Shown here: one piece after another, positions 62,945 through 64,000 of the stretch
Layout of the letters: each line of letters begins with the position of its first letter
How positions within the stretch are numbered: the first letter of the stretch is position 1
Origin: Chloroflexota bacterium
GTDB taxonomy: Bacteria > Chloroflexota > Anaerolineae > UBA1429
DNA: 64,000 bases
Reading direction: 5' to 3'
Assembly: GCA_012719135.1 (NCBI GenBank)
Contig: JAAYAW010000079.1
Coordinates: forward strand, 9,723 to 73,722
Notes under the pieces: model-generated
Database searches by the model: none
Seen by the model: the letters and a program-made list of their open reading frames with translations, nothing else
Told to the model about the DNA's origin: nothing
Made by a program: the position numbers and the translations under genes

Positions 62945-64000
62945 ATGTCCAACCTGCAGCGCCCCAACGCGAATGACGCCTCACAGACGACCAATCGCTC
63001 TCGAGATGTGGTTCCTTGCTCGGGCATCTGTTCGCGCTGCGTGGACGGGTGCACCGGCAACTGCGAGATCTTCAAGTCCACCTTTCGCGGTAGAGAAGTG
63101 CTCTATCCCGGTCCGTTTGGCACCGTAACGGCCGGTGGAGACAAGGACTATCCGGTGGACTTTTCGCACTTTAACATCATGGGCTACGCGTTGGGCGCCG
63201 ACGGACTGCCCGAAGGCGTGCAGGGTGGGCCGGATAACACGCTGTTCACAATGGTCAACACGGAGACGGTGATCGGCAATAAGCATACGGAACGCTTGCG
63301 CATGCCGATCATCAGCGGCGCTCTTGGTTCGACAGAGATCGCACGCGCCAACTGGGAGCATTTCGCCGCCGGTGCGGCCATCTCGGGGGTAGTGCTGACC
63401 TGTGGGGAGAACGTTGCGGGCATCGATCCGGGTCTCAAGCTCGATGCCAGCGGCAAGATCGTCGATTCGCCCGAGCTGAGAAGAAGGGTGGAAACTTATA
63501 GACGCTGGTATGATGGATATGGTGATATCCACATCCAGATGAACGTGGAGGATACCGCTTTTGGCGTGGCCGAGTATGCTATCGGCCAGTTGGGCGTCGA
63601 GACCATCGAGCTCAAGTGGGGTCAGGGCGCCAAGTGCATCGGTGGTGAGATCAAGGTTAACGACCTCGATCGGGCGCTGGAACTGCAGCGCCGAGGGTAC
63701 CTCGTCACTCCCGATCCCTCCAACGAGGCTGTTCAGAAGGCCTACCAGGACGGTGCGCTGAAGCAGTTCGAGCGGCACTCGCGTCTGGGCTTTGTCGATC
63801 GGGAGGGCTTTGCCCGCCAGGTCGAGTACCTTCGCAGCCTGGGAGCCAAGCGCGTGACGCTCAAGACGGGCGCCTATCCCATGCGCGAACTCGCCATGGC
63901 TCTCCGCTGGTCCTCGGATATGGGCGTGGACCTGCTCACGATCGATGGCGCACCAGGTGGGACCGGAATGAGCCCCTGGAGGATGATGGTGGAGTGGGGG
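62945..64000 (+). CDS. FMN-binding glutamate synthase family protein (stand-alone, Cys-rich N-terminus), runs off the right edge
   Basis: Not in the ORF track. Manual translation after the GAGGAG RBS gives MSNLQRPNAN...CSGICSRCVDGCTGNCE...GALGSTEIAR...IELKWGQGAK...LKTGAY...DGAPGGTGMSP. Confidence 0.88.
   Translation, partial: MSNLQRPNANDASQTTNRSRDVVPCSGICSRCVDGCTGNCEIFKSTFRGREVLYPGPFGTVTAGGDKDYPVDFSHFNIMGYALGADGLPEGVQGGPDNTLFTMVNTETVIGNKHTERLRMPIISGALGSTEIARANWEHFAAGAAISGVVLTCGENVAGIDPGLKLDASGKIVDSPELRRRVETYRRWYDGYGDIHIQMNVEDTAFGVAEYAIGQLGVETIELKWGQGAKCIGGEIKVNDLDRALELQRRGYLVTPDPSNEAVQKAYQDGALKQFERHSRLGFVDREGFARQVEYLRSLGAKRVTLKTGAYPMRELAMALRWSSDMGVDLLTIDGAPGGTGMSPWRMMVEWG

Noticed and set aside
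62981-63778. 265-aa minus-strand ORF
   Set aside because: Antisense to the glutamate synthase-family gene starting at 62945.

Overview
GC-rich bacterial chromosomal segment, most likely from an anaerobic Chloroflexota (Anaerolineae-like). The basis is a secreted protein ending in an FLPxxRR tail, a GAAC-N4-GTTC LexA box and the gene repertoire; this is inference, not a database result. It is mostly core genome: a four-subunit pyruvate:ferredoxin oxidoreductase (porCDAB), apt, a dksA-like gene, tmRNA with smpB, gatB, gyrB, murA, zwf, trmI, lexA and efp. I see no mobile element or CRISPR array. Four things stand out. (1) Two complete rotary ATPase operons lie back to back: an N-type operon whose c subunit has the full Na+ signature, and an F-type operon whose c subunit is H+-type and whose gamma, delta and DELSEED motif are unusually eroded. 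(2) A HisKA_3 kinase carries a Walker-less RecA/KaiC-like N-terminal domain and sits with a NarL-type regulator directly upstream of an FMN-binding glutamate synthase-family gene, possibly a nitrogen-status sensor. (3) A four-repeat secreted surface protein in a glycosylation locus lacks, in its first repeat, the beta-strand that the S8 protease C-terminal tail resembles, suggesting anchoring by strand complementation. (4) A glucosylglycerate synthase-like protein has lost its DxD motif. All family assignments were made by eye from motifs.
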